Shown here: positions 20,815 through 29,879 of the stretch, piece by piece
Layout of the letters: each line of letters starts with the position of its first letter
Numbering within the stretch: position 1 is the stretch's first letter
Origin: Candidatus Omnitrophota bacterium
GTDB lineage: Bacteria > Omnitrophota > Omnitrophia > Omnitrophales > JACROU01
NCBI GenBank assembly: GCA_029261035.1
Contig: JAJDCD010000005.1
Location: 91,516 to 155,515, forward strand
Direction: 5' to 3'
DNA length: 64,000 nt
The notes under the pieces: model-generated
What the model was told of the DNA's origin: nothing
The model's database searches: none
The model's input: the letters and a program-made list of their open reading frames with translations, nothing else
Program-made: the position numbers and the translations under genes

Positions 20815-21306
20815 ATGGCAGACGAAGAAAAGAAAGAAGAAGAAAAATTAGAAGAAGCTCCAAAGGCTGAAGAAGCAAAAGAAGAAACAGTTCCGGCAGA
20901 GGAAGCTCCAAAAGCAGAGACTCCAAAAGTTGAGGAAGCTCCTAAGGCGGAAGAAGTAAAAGAAGCAGCGGCTCCAGCAGCAGCTCCTAAAGCGGAAGAA
21001 GCAAAAGAAGAAGCAGCTCCAGCAGCAGAAGCTCCAAAAGCGGAAGAAGTAAAAGAAGCAGCAGCTCCGGTAGCAGAGACTCCAAAAGCGGAAGAAGCAA
21101 AAGAAGCAGCAGCTCCAGCAGCAGAGGCTCCTAAAGCGGAAGAAGCTCCAGCAGAAGATGGTGAGCCAAAAAGAATTAAGTTAAACAACTTGTCATTAGA
21201 GGAAATTGAAAAGAAACTTAAAGAGTGTGAAGAGAAAATGGGTGGTTTGCATTCTCGATTTGCTCGGGAACTTTTAAAGCGTAAGGCGCAATTAACCCAA
21301 AGCTAA
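20815..21306 (+). CDS. Low-complexity Glu/Ala/Pro/Lys-rich protein
   Basis: Repeated EAPKAEE(A/V)KE units and a short helical C-terminus. The likely start is ATG 20815 after aggaag. Confidence 0.8.
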   Translation: MADEEKKEEEKLEEAPKAEEAKEETVPAEEAPKAETPKVEEAPKAEEVKEAAAPAAAPKAEEAKEEAAPAAEAPKAEEVKEAAAPVAETPKAEEAKEAAAPAAEAPKAEEAPAEDGEPKRIKLNNLSLEEIEKKLKECEEKMGGLHSRFARELLKRKAQLTQS

Positions 21307-21328
21307 TTTCTAAGTTTTACAAGGATGT

Positions 21329-21374
21329 AAGGCAGGTGTAATTCATCAAAGGATGGATTTACCTGCCTTTTTTT
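21329..21374 (+). terminator. Rho-independent terminator
   Basis: aaggcaggt...acctgcctt followed by a T-run. Confidence 0.7.
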
Positions 21375-21470
21375 ATTTATACAAACAAGTAATTAACGAT
21401 TTTAAGCTAAGGAACTCCTCCTTTTTAGTCGATATTTCTATGTGACATATTCTAAGGAGCAATGGGATAA

Positions 21471-22205
21471 ATGATTCGATTAAACAATATAGTAATGAAC
21501 AGAATTCTTATTATTTTAATAAGTCTAATTATTGCGAGTTGTGCTTCAAGAGGTCCAACCTCTGACAGAGGAATTTACCATACTGTTACTAAAGGCCAGA
21601 CTCTATGGCGTATTTCTCAAGCCTATAAAGTTTCCCTCAAAAAAGTGATGAAAGTAAATAAAATTGCGGATGCTTCAAAGATTGAACAGGGGCAAAAACT
21701 ATTTATTCCAGGGGCAAAGAAGTTTATAGATGTGACACCCGCAAGTCGTTGGACACACATAGTAATTCATCACAGTGCAACTTTTAATGGAAATGCAGCT
21801 ATATTTGATAAACAGCACAGGAAACGGGGCTTTTGGAATGGGTTGGGATATCACTTTGTTATTGGTAATGGTTCTTCGCAGAGAAGGAATGGTCAGGTGG
21901 AAATAGGGCACCGTTGGGTGAATCAGATGGATGGGGCTCATTGTAATGCCATGGACATGAATAAAATTGGAATAGGTATTTGTCTTGTAGGTAACTTTGA
22001 TGAACAAAAACCATCAACAGATCAAATTAATTCTTTATCTTCTCTGGTATTACAGCTTAGAAAACAGTTTGGAATTTCTTCAAAAAATGTTATCCGACAT
22101 AATCAAGTTCAGGGAAAAAACACTCATTGTCCTGGATCCAATTTTCCTTGGGGTAACTTCAAAGATAGAGTGGCAAGCGCTTCTAAAGGTGCTGCTCGAG
22201 CATAA
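21471..22205 (+). CDS. Lipoprotein with LysM and Amidase_2 (N-acetylmuramoyl-L-alanine amidase) domains
   Basis: Lipobox IIASC; HTVTKGQTLWRIS (LysM); IVIHHSAT, GYHFVIGNG, GAHC, IGICLVGNF and CPG. Confidence 0.9.
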   Translation: MIRLNNIVMNRILIILISLIIASCASRGPTSDRGIYHTVTKGQTLWRISQAYKVSLKKVMKVNKIADASKIEQGQKLFIPGAKKFIDVTPASRWTHIVIHHSATFNGNAAIFDKQHRKRGFWNGLGYHFVIGNGSSQRRNGQVEIGHRWVNQMDGAHCNAMDMNKIGIGICLVGNFDEQKPSTDQINSLSSLVLQLRKQFGISSKNVIRHNQVQGKNTHCPGSNFPWGNFKDRVASASKGAARA

Positions 22206-22342
22206 TCTCCAAAACTCCCATTTTTATCCCATAAATGTTTCTTTTTTGACTCTTCATCTACATTATTGTAGATAGACTTCTCTTAGCTTCACCTAAAACA
22301 GTCCTATAAATTATTTCTACCCCTCAATTTATGAATAAATTC

Positions 22343-22359
22343 TTGGCATGACTATTGCT
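22343..22359 (+). promoter_or_regulatory. Sigma54 -24/-12 promoter of amtB-glnK
   Basis: tTGGCAtgactaTTGCt has the GG-N10-GC spacing and lies upstream of nitrogen genes. Confidence 0.8.
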
Positions 22360-22410
22360 AATACTACTAGAACGGATCGAAACCTTTCATTTAATAAACA
22401 AGGAGGAAGA

Positions 22411-23736
22411 ATGTTGTTAAAGAAACTATTTAAATCTAATCTCTGGAAATGGGGTTTGTTTGGGATGTTGTTTTCTTTAGTCCCATTAACAAATCTATTT
22501 GCACAAGGGACGATTGACTCAGGGGATACTACTTTTATCCTTTTGTGTGCGGCTCTTGTTATGTTGATGACCCCCGGCTTAGGGCTTTTTTATGCTGGGA
22601 TGGTTAGAACCAAAAATGTTCTTAACATGATCATGAAGAGTTTTGTTATTCTTTGTGTTATCAGTGTTCAATGGGTGCTTTGGGGATACACTTTAGCATT
22701 TGGACCTGATACGGGAATGGGCATTATTGGAAGTTTGGAATATTTTGGTCTTAATGGGGTAGGACAAGAACCAGGCCCTTATGCGGACAATATTCCTCAT
22801 TATGTTTTTGTTGCATTTCAAGGTATGTTTGCAATTATTACTCCAGCTTTAATTACAGGAGCACTTGCTGAAAGAATGAAGTTTAGTGCATTGCTTCTTT
22901 TCTCAGTTTTATGGGCAACGTTAGTTTATGATCCACTTTGTCACTGGGTTTGGGGTGATAACGGATTTCTTGGTTCTTTAGGAGCTTTGGATTTCGCTGG
23001 TGGAACCGTGGTTCATATCAGTTCTGGTATTTCTGCGTTAGCTGCATGTATTTTGATTGGTAAAAGAAAAGGTTATGGTTCTGAAGATATGTCACCACAT
23101 AATTTAACCATGACAATTTTGGGGACGGCATTACTTTGGTTTGGTTGGTTTGGATTTAATGCAGGAAGTGCTTTAGCTGCAGATGGTTTAGCTGCGAATG
23201 CATTTATCGTAACCAATACCGCTGCCGCTGCCGCTGCTCTTTCTTGGATGTTTACAGAGTGGTTTATTAAAGGAAAGCCAACTGCGTTGGGTGTTGTTTC
23301 CGGTGCTGTTGCTGGTCTTGTAGCAATTACTCCAGCAGCTGGTTTTGTTGGACCTTTGGCTTCTATTGCTTTAGGAGCTATTGCCGGTATCGTTTGTTAC
23401 CTTGCTGTTCTTCTTAAAGTTAAAGCTTTTGGTTATGATGATTCTTTGGATGTGTTTGGCATTCATGGAATTGGTGGTTTAACAGGGGCTTTATTAACAG
23501 GTATTCTTGCTTCTGCAGCAGTAAATCCAGGAGCTGGAGATGGTCTTCTTAACGGAAATCCAGGTCAATTTGTAAATCAATTAATTGCTTGTGGCGTTAC
23601 AGTTGTATATGCGTTCATTATGACTGCGATTATTTTGAAAGTAGTTGATTTGATCGTTGGCGTCCGTGTGAAGTCTGAAGATGAAGAAACAGGTTTAGAC
23701 TTAACACAACATGGTGAATCTGGATACAATTTGTAA
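22411..23736 (+). CDS. amtB: Ammonium transporter
   Basis: [44 protein letters not shown] and [11 protein letters not shown]. The start is at ATG 22411 after aggagg. Confidence 0.96.
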   Translation: MLLKKLFKSNLWKWGLFGMLFSLVPLTNLFAQGTIDSGDTTFILLCAALVMLMTPGLGLFYAGMVRTKNVLNMIMKSFVILCVISVQWVLWGYTLAFGPDTGMGIIGSLEYFGLNGVGQEPGPYADNIPHYVFVAFQGMFAIITPALITGALAERMKFSALLLFSVLWATLVYDPLCHWVWGDNGFLGSLGALDFAGGTVVHISSGISALAACILIGKRKGYGSEDMSPHNLTMTILGTALLWFGWFGFNAGSALAADGLAANAFIVTNTAAAAAALSWMFTEWFIKGKPTALGVVSGAVAGLVAITPAAGFVGPLASIALGAIAGIVCYLAVLLKVKAFGYDDSLDVFGIHGIGGLTGALLTGILASAAVNPGAGDGLLNGNPGQFVNQLIACGVTVVYAFIMTAIILKVVDLIVGVRVKSEDEETGLDLTQHGESGYNL

Positions 23737-23758
23737 TTTTTCATAGGAGGAAAACTAA

Positions 23759-24094
23759 ATGAAGAAAGTTGAAGCAATTATTCGCCCAAGCACTTTGCAA
23801 AAAGTATTAGATGCTTTGTCAGCTTCTGGGTACCCAGGGTTAACAGTAGCTGAAGTAAAAGGGCATGGAAAACAAAAAGGTATTACGGAAGAGTATCGTG
23901 GTCAATCACATGAAGGTTTCTTGCACAAAATTAAATTAGAAACTGTGGTTACAGACGATCAAGTAGATACTTTGGTTGAAACAATTACGAACGCAGCAAA
24001 AACAGGTCAAATCGGAGACGGTAAGATTTTTGTTTCTGATGTAGGGGAAGCTGTTCGTATTCGTACCGGAGAAAAAGGTAACGACGCAATATAG
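23759..24094 (+). CDS. glnK: P-II nitrogen regulatory protein
   Basis: MKKVEAIIRP, GHGKQKG..EEYRG, TGQIGDGKIFV and RIRTGE; adjacent to amtB. Confidence 0.93.
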   Translation: MKKVEAIIRPSTLQKVLDALSASGYPGLTVAEVKGHGKQKGITEEYRGQSHEGFLHKIKLETVVTDDQVDTLVETITNAAKTGQIGDGKIFVSDVGEAVRIRTGEKGNDAI

Positions 24095-24153
24095 TAAAAA
24101 GTGCGGTCCAGAGCCTGGGTAGAATTAGATCTTTTGATTTTGCCTGGGCTTCA

Positions 24154-24204
24154 TTTTAAAACAAAAAGCCAGATCTTAATTGATCTGGCTTTTTTGTTTT
24201 AAAA
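24154..24204. terminator. Long hairpin terminator after glnK, possibly bidirectional
   Basis: ttttaaaacaaaaagccagatc...gatctggcttttttgttttaaaa. Confidence 0.75.
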
Positions 24205-24368
24205 GGCTTTTGGTTCTTAGCTTTTAGTAGAGTTTAATTCAAAAATTTTTTTCAACCAAAAGCTAAGAGCTAGTAGCCAAAGACTATAGATATAGGAAGT
24301 CTTGCTATTTTACTCAAAATTTGAAAGAATACTCTTTTAACATTAACTCTTAACAAGTTTTAGGTGCT

Positions 24369-25745
24369 ATGAGTCAAAAATCTTCTCGGGATCTTGTTCA
24401 TCGTTTAAGTCAGTACGCTCATCGCCTTACATATCAGCAGTTGCCTCAGAATGTCATTCATCAAGCCAAAATTAGAGTTATTGATTCGCTTTGCTGTGCT
24501 TTGGCTACTGTCAAAACTAAACCAGCGCGTATTCTCCGAAAAACTGCTTTAAAAAACGCATTAAATTCAAAGGGGGCTACTTTAATAGGAACCAAGCAAA
24601 AAGTATTTGCTCCTATGGCAGCGTTCTATAATGGATCCTTGATTCGATATTGGGATTATAACGACACCTACTTATCTAAAGAACCAGCGCATCCAAGTGA
24701 TAATTTGGGGGCATTAATTTCTGCAGCGGAGCTTATGAAATCAACGGGTAAAGATTTTATTACCGCGATGGTTTTGTCTTATGAAATTCAGTGTCGATTA
24801 TGTGACGCTCAGAGTTTGAGAACTAAGGGCTGGGATCATGTGACTTACGGAGCTTTATCGGCTTCGTTGGGAGTTGGGAAGCTGATGAAGCTAACTGAGG
24901 CAGAGTTGTCTCATGCCGTTTCCATGACAACGGTTTCTGGTGTGGCTCTAAGGCAAACACGTGTGGGGGAAATTTCTTATTGGAAAGCTTCTGCTTTTGC
25001 GCAAGTTTCTCGGAATGCTTTATTTTCTGCTTTGTTAGCTAAAGAGGGTATGACGGGCCCGAGCTCTATTATCAGTGGGGAGAAAGGATTTGAAAAAGGA
25101 GTTTCAGGGCCTTTGAACATAAAGGCTCTTGGAGGCCGTAATCATCCATTTAAAATTTTAGAAACGTATTTAAAATATTATCCTGTTGAATATCATAGCC
25201 AAGCGGCTGTCCAGGCAGCATTGGAATTAAGAAAACAGATTGCTAGCATCGATTTAATCCAAAAAATCAACATTACAACTTATGATGTAGCCATTGAAAT
25301 TATTGTGAAAGATCCAGAAAAATGGAAGCCTAAGGAAAGAGAAACGGCGGATCATAGTTTGCCTTTTGCAGTTGCTCGCAGTTTGTTGGATGGAAAAATG
25401 ACGCTTAAGCAGTATTCGGATAAAAAAATTTCTGATCCTAAAGTTCTAAAATTGATGAAGAAGATTAAAATTAAAGAGAGTTCTTCTATGACACAGAAAT
25501 ATCCGAAAAGTTTACCTTGTCGTATAGAGATTCAGCTTCGGGGAGGAAGAAAGGTTTCTTCTGAAGTTATTTTCCCCAAAGGACATTACAGGAATCCATT
25601 AACAGATGATGAAGTGAATCAAAAATTTATTCAATTAACACAAAAACATCTTTCTTCAGATAATCAGAAGAAAATTTTAGACCAGTTGTGGAATTTAGAG
25701 AAATTAAAACATTGGGATGAATTATTGAAACTGATGGTGGTTTAA
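24369..25745 (+). CDS. prpD: 2-methylcitrate dehydratase (MmgE/PrpD)
   Basis: DYNDTYL..EPAHPSDN, GWDH and RETADHSLP; clustered with prpB and prpC. Confidence 0.92.
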   Translation: MSQKSSRDLVHRLSQYAHRLTYQQLPQNVIHQAKIRVIDSLCCALATVKTKPARILRKTALKNALNSKGATLIGTKQKVFAPMAAFYNGSLIRYWDYNDTYLSKEPAHPSDNLGALISAAELMKSTGKDFITAMVLSYEIQCRLCDAQSLRTKGWDHVTYGALSASLGVGKLMKLTEAELSHAVSMTTVSGVALRQTRVGEISYWKASAFAQVSRNALFSALLAKEGMTGPSSIISGEKGFEKGVSGPLNIKALGGRNHPFKILETYLKYYPVEYHSQAAVQAALELRKQIASIDLIQKINITTYDVAIEIIVKDPEKWKPKERETADHSLPFAVARSLLDGKMTLKQYSDKKISDPKVLKLMKKIKIKESSSMTQKYPKSLPCRIEIQLRGGRKVSSEVIFPKGHYRNPLTDDEVNQKFIQLTQKHLSSDNQKKILDQLWNLEKLKHWDELLKLMVV

Positions 25746-25747
25746 TT

Positions 25748-26590
25748 ATGAAAAAAAGTAAAGCAAACCTAAGAACCTTAATTAATTCTGGGAAGACGCT
25801 TTGTTTTCCTGGAGCTTTTAATGCTGCTGTAGCTTTGCAGATTCAACAAGCAGGTTTTCCTGGGGTGTATGTTTCGGGTGCTGGAATTTCGAATGGTTTG
25901 GCGGGGTTGCCTGATATTGAACTTGTAACTCGAAAGGAAATGATTTGGGCGAATCAATTTATTACGTCTCGTGTTGAAATACCTGTTTTCTCAGATGCGG
26001 ATACGGGATATGGAGGGCCTTTGCAAGTAGCTAAAACGGTTGAGCAATTTGAGAGTATTGGAGTTTCTGCGATTCATTTAGAGGATCAAAAGACCCCGAA
26101 ACGATGTGGTCATCTTGAAGGGAAAAAATTGATATCTCCAGAAGCCATGTGCCGTAAAATCAGAGTTGCTGTAAAAGCGCGAAAAAGCCGTAATTTTTTA
26201 ATCGTGGCTCGTACGGACTCCAGGGGAGTTGAAGGGTTTGAGGCGTGTCTGACTCGAATCAAAGCCTATATCAAAGCGGGTGCAGATGCTATTTTTCCAG
26301 AAGCGTTGCATTCTATTGAAGAATTTAAGCAAGTTCGGAAGCTTTTCCAGATCCCTCTTGTAGCTAATATGACCGAATTTGGTAAAACTCCTTATATTTC
26401 TATTAGACAGTTTCAAAAGCTTGAGTATAATATCGTACTATTTCCTTTGAGTATCTTTCGACTCACTATGGGGCGTTCTCAGGTTTTTTTGAAGGATTTG
26501 GCTAAAAAAGGAACTCAGGTAGATTATTTACAGAAAATGCAGACTCGGGAAGAACTTTACGATTTATTACAATATTCAGACTATCAGTAG
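25748..26590 (+). CDS. prpB: 2-methylisocitrate lyase
   Basis: DADTGYG, HLEDQ..PKRCGHL, ARTD and ANMTEFGKTP. Confidence 0.93.
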   Translation: MKKSKANLRTLINSGKTLCFPGAFNAAVALQIQQAGFPGVYVSGAGISNGLAGLPDIELVTRKEMIWANQFITSRVEIPVFSDADTGYGGPLQVAKTVEQFESIGVSAIHLEDQKTPKRCGHLEGKKLISPEAMCRKIRVAVKARKSRNFLIVARTDSRGVEGFEACLTRIKAYIKAGADAIFPEALHSIEEFKQVRKLFQIPLVANMTEFGKTPYISIRQFQKLEYNIVLFPLSIFRLTMGRSQVFLKDLAKKGTQVDYLQKMQTREELYDLLQYSDYQ

Positions 26591-26610
26591 ATAAAAGACG
26601 GGTAAATACA

Positions 26611-27747
26611 ATGAGTGAAAAAACATCAACAAAATCAACGGGGTTGGAAGGTATCGTTGCTGGACAATCTATTATTTCTCAAGTGGATCCGACAGGGGAC
26701 AAATTAACTTATTGTGGATACGATGCTCATGAATTAGCAGATAAATCTTGCTATGAGGAAGTTGCTTATTTACTCATTATGGGACGTCTTCCATCTCAAT
26801 CAGAGTTGGAACAGTTTAAGTCTCAGCTAGTAAAGGAAAGAAAGGTTGAAGAGCCTGTTAGAAAATTATTCACTCAGCTAACACCCGATTCTCATCCAAT
26901 GGATCGATTAAGAACAGTTGTGTCTTTCAGTTCGATGTTTGATCCTGACAATGGGGATAATTCTTATGAAGCCAATATTCGTAAAGCAATTCGTTTGGTA
27001 GCAAAAATGCCTGCTTTTGTTGCGGGTAGCTTTTTGATTCCTGAAGGAAAAGAATTGTTGGAATCTAACCCAGAATTTTCACATGCTAAGTATTTTCTTC
27101 ATTTGCTGACGGGAAAAGAACCGGATGACTTTTTTGTAAAAGTTTTTGATGCATCTCTTATTTTGTATGCTGAACATGGATTTAATGCATCCACGTTTGC
27201 GGGGCGTGTCACAATGGGAACGCAATCAGACATTTATTCGGGAGTAACATCCTCGATAGGCACTTTAAAAGGACCTTTGCATGGTGGAGCCAATGAAAAG
27301 GCAATGGAAATGCTTCTTGAAATCGGAGAGCCTTCAAAAGCCGAAAGTTGGGTCAGAGAGGCTTTGGCTCAAAAAAAGAAAATTATGGGCTTTGGTCACC
27401 GGGTATATAAGACGCAAGATTCAAGAGCGCCTTTATTAAAAGAGTTAAACAAAAAATTATCAGAGCACTTAGGAAATACACGCTGGTACGAAATTGGAGA
27501 TACGGTAGAACGTATATTGAAAGAAGAAAAGAAATTATTTCCTAATGTAGATTTCCCTTGCGCCTCTTTGTATTACTTATTGGGTTTACCTATTCAAGTT
27601 TATACTCCTATTTTTGCAGCTGCCAGAACAGCAGGGTGGTGTGCTCACGATATTGAACAATCCGAAAACAATCGACTCATTCGACCTCAGTGTGATTATG
27701 TGGGGGAAAGTAATCTACAATACACTCCGATTGATGAAAGAAAATAA
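26611..27747 (+). CDS. prpC: 2-methylcitrate/citrate synthase
   Basis: AEHGFNASTF, GPLHGGANE, MGFGHRVYK and PNVDF; operon context. Confidence 0.88.
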   Translation: MSEKTSTKSTGLEGIVAGQSIISQVDPTGDKLTYCGYDAHELADKSCYEEVAYLLIMGRLPSQSELEQFKSQLVKERKVEEPVRKLFTQLTPDSHPMDRLRTVVSFSSMFDPDNGDNSYEANIRKAIRLVAKMPAFVAGSFLIPEGKELLESNPEFSHAKYFLHLLTGKEPDDFFVKVFDASLILYAEHGFNASTFAGRVTMGTQSDIYSGVTSSIGTLKGPLHGGANEKAMEMLLEIGEPSKAESWVREALAQKKKIMGFGHRVYKTQDSRAPLLKELNKKLSEHLGNTRWYEIGDTVERILKEEKKLFPNVDFPCASLYYLLGLPIQVYTPIFAAARTAGWCAHDIEQSENNRLIRPQCDYVGESNLQYTPIDERK

Positions 27748-27764
27748 ATAGAACTCTTTTTCTT

Positions 27765-28481
27765 ATGCAAAAAATCAAAATATTTCCTATTTTTATTTTT
27801 TCATTGATGACCCTATTTTTATTTTCAGGGGCTTCACTTTTTAAGAACAAAGCTTCTTCTGAATCTTACGAGCCTCTAAAAATTGCAATCTTACCTATTG
27901 GCCATATGCCTGGAAAACCTTTGACAGTGCCTATGGGGAAAAATCTTGTTGATAAAATTGTAAACTCTACACAAGGGGATAATTTTATAAGTGAAGCGAT
28001 TTTTAAATCTACAGAAACCGCCAAAGACCCTACTTATGTTGAAAAACAGATATATATATTTATTGGTCGGATGCTTAAAAAACAAAGCTGGTTTGTTGTA
28101 AGTCCTGTTGATGTTTTTGCGGAGTTTAATTCATTAGGTTACTTGAGAAATAACATTGATTTTAAGGAATTGAATGAGCAACTTCATGCAGATAGATACC
28201 TAAGTGTGAACATTGATTACTGGGATGGGGAAGATTATGATAAAGAAGGGTTTATGTATGTGGGTTATACCGCACAGCTTTTAGATTCCAAAGGGCAGTT
28301 GATGTGGGGGCGGAAAAAAGAAAAAGAATTATACCGAATCAAAGAAGATCAAGAGGATGTTAATTCTTTCGTTAAAGAGTATTATGAGGAGCTGATACGA
28401 AAAATTGCTAAAGATATAATTTATAAATTTCCTAAAGTAGAAAAAAAGATTGTCAAAAAAGAGGTTGTGATTAATGACTAA
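27765..28481 (+). CDS. Hypothetical exported protein (KIAILP-type envelope protein)
   Basis: Hydrophobic N-terminus, KIAILP motif and C-terminal LLDSKGQLMW. Confidence 0.6.
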   Translation: MQKIKIFPIFIFSLMTLFLFSGASLFKNKASSESYEPLKIAILPIGHMPGKPLTVPMGKNLVDKIVNSTQGDNFISEAIFKSTETAKDPTYVEKQIYIFIGRMLKKQSWFVVSPVDVFAEFNSLGYLRNNIDFKELNEQLHADRYLSVNIDYWDGEDYDKEGFMYVGYTAQLLDSKGQLMWGRKKEKELYRIKEDQEDVNSFVKEYYEELIRKIAKDIIYKFPKVEKKIVKKEVVIND

Positions 28482-29160
28482 AATAGTTAGAGAACATAAG
28501 CACTCTCATGATCACCATGATGAAAGTAAGGATTTAGTTCCTGCCTTAAAGAAGGAAGTTTTAGAGCATTTACCCTTTACCCTAATAGGAATGGTTTTTG
28601 GGCTAGTGTTGGTTTTTGTTGGTTCCTTTGGATTCAAGATCATTTTATCTGAAGAAGCTTTTCATTTTTCGCATTTTCTACACATTTTTTTTAGTGCCGC
28701 TGCGGCGGCGGCTTTGATGACATTTTATGAGTCGAGTTATGCTCGCTCGGTTATTGTTGGGATGTTGAGCGCAATATTTCTTTGTACCTTGTCTGATACC
28801 CTGATTCCTTATTGGGGAGCAATGCTTTTGGGTAAGGAGCCAGAGTTTCATCTTTGTGGCCTAGAGCACCCTATGATGACGCTCTTGATTGCTTTGTTAG
28901 GGACAAACCTAGGTCTTGTTTGGCTTAAAGGGTTTGAACACTGTTCTCGATGGAATCATTTATTTCATATTTTTATATCTTCAGCTGCTTCCGGAATTTA
29001 TTTATTTTCATTTTCAAGTCAGATATTTATTTCAGAAATTTTAGGGGTCCTAGTTATTTTATTTATTTCGATCTTTTTACCGTGTCTCGTTAGTGATGTA
29101 ATTATCCCAATGTTTCTAGTTCACCCCAGTTTTTTCATTAAAAAGATTTTTAAACGCTAA
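28474..29160 (+). CDS. His-rich multi-pass membrane protein (possible metal handling)
   Basis: N-terminal HKHSHDHH and several TM helices carrying His; CTLSD and CLVSD motifs. Confidence 0.65.
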   Translation: MTKIVREHKHSHDHHDESKDLVPALKKEVLEHLPFTLIGMVFGLVLVFVGSFGFKIILSEEAFHFSHFLHIFFSAAAAAALMTFYESSYARSVIVGMLSAIFLCTLSDTLIPYWGAMLLGKEPEFHLCGLEHPMMTLLIALLGTNLGLVWLKGFEHCSRWNHLFHIFISSAASGIYLFSFSSQIFISEILGVLVILFISIFLPCLVSDVIIPMFLVHPSFFIKKIFKR

Positions 29161-29172
29161 ATCTAAGATTGC

Positions 29173-29277
29173 TGTAATTGTGAAGTGCCAACTAAGGAGC
29201 TGAATCAATCTCAGGCAAATGGAATTTAATTTTCTAGAGATTGCCGAGCTTCACATGTCTAATTGCTCGCAATGACA
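29173..29277. repeat. Degenerate GTCATTGCGAG...CTCGCAATGAC-type palindromic element
   Basis: tgtaattgtga...caatctc...gagattg...ctcgcaatgaca. Confidence 0.55.
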
Positions 29278-29287
29278 AGAGGTTTTT

Positions 29288-29623
29288 ATGAATTTAAAAA
29301 ATTATAAAAAACATATTTTTGTTTGTACGGGATCTAAATGCGCTCCTGAAATTTCTCCAGATATTTATCAAAAGCTCAAACAGAAGTTAGAAGAAAAAAG
29401 TTTGAGTAAAGTTGAGGGGGGAGTGATGAGAAGTCAGTCTTCTTGTTTAGGGGTGTGTCAGGGAGGGCCTTTATTGGTTGTTTACCCAGAAGCTGTCTGG
29501 TACGATCAGGTCTCTGAAGAGGATTTAGACCGTATTATTGATGAGCATCTTGTCCAAGATAAGCCTGTAAAAGACTTAATTTTCCATAAAAATCAATATT
29601 CCTGCAAAAAACCTTCAGATTAG
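29288..29623 (+). CDS. Thioredoxin-like [2Fe-2S] ferredoxin
   Basis: HIFVC....C, CLGVC..GP..VVYPE.VWY and IIDEHL. Confidence 0.9.
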   Translation: MNLKNYKKHIFVCTGSKCAPEISPDIYQKLKQKLEEKSLSKVEGGVMRSQSSCLGVCQGGPLLVVYPEAVWYDQVSEEDLDRIIDEHLVQDKPVKDLIFHKNQYSCKKPSD

Positions 29624-29879
29624 AATGAGTTTTAGCTCTATTTCTGCAGTTTGACATCCTACTTAAATCGTTTACTCTTATAGATATAGGAATGTAATAA
29701 AAAACTTATTAAATATATTAAAAATACATTGAATATTCCATATTTTGTGGTATATTTTTACCTTCATCACCATATAGCTCACGGACTTAGAGATGCTCGC
29801 TTATTTACATGGAGGAGGTGATAAGGTGTTTTAGCTCACCAGCTAAAGCAAAAACCACTCAATAGTTAGGATATCGTTA

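Noticed and set aside
20772-21188. Minus-strand Ser/Ala-rich ORF and other short antisense ORFs in the track
   Set aside because: They are shadows of well-supported genes on the opposite strand or frame, with no motifs of their own.
22348-22410. ORF-track N-terminal extension of amtB
   Set aside because: It overlaps the sigma54 motif, and a better RBS precedes ATG 22411.
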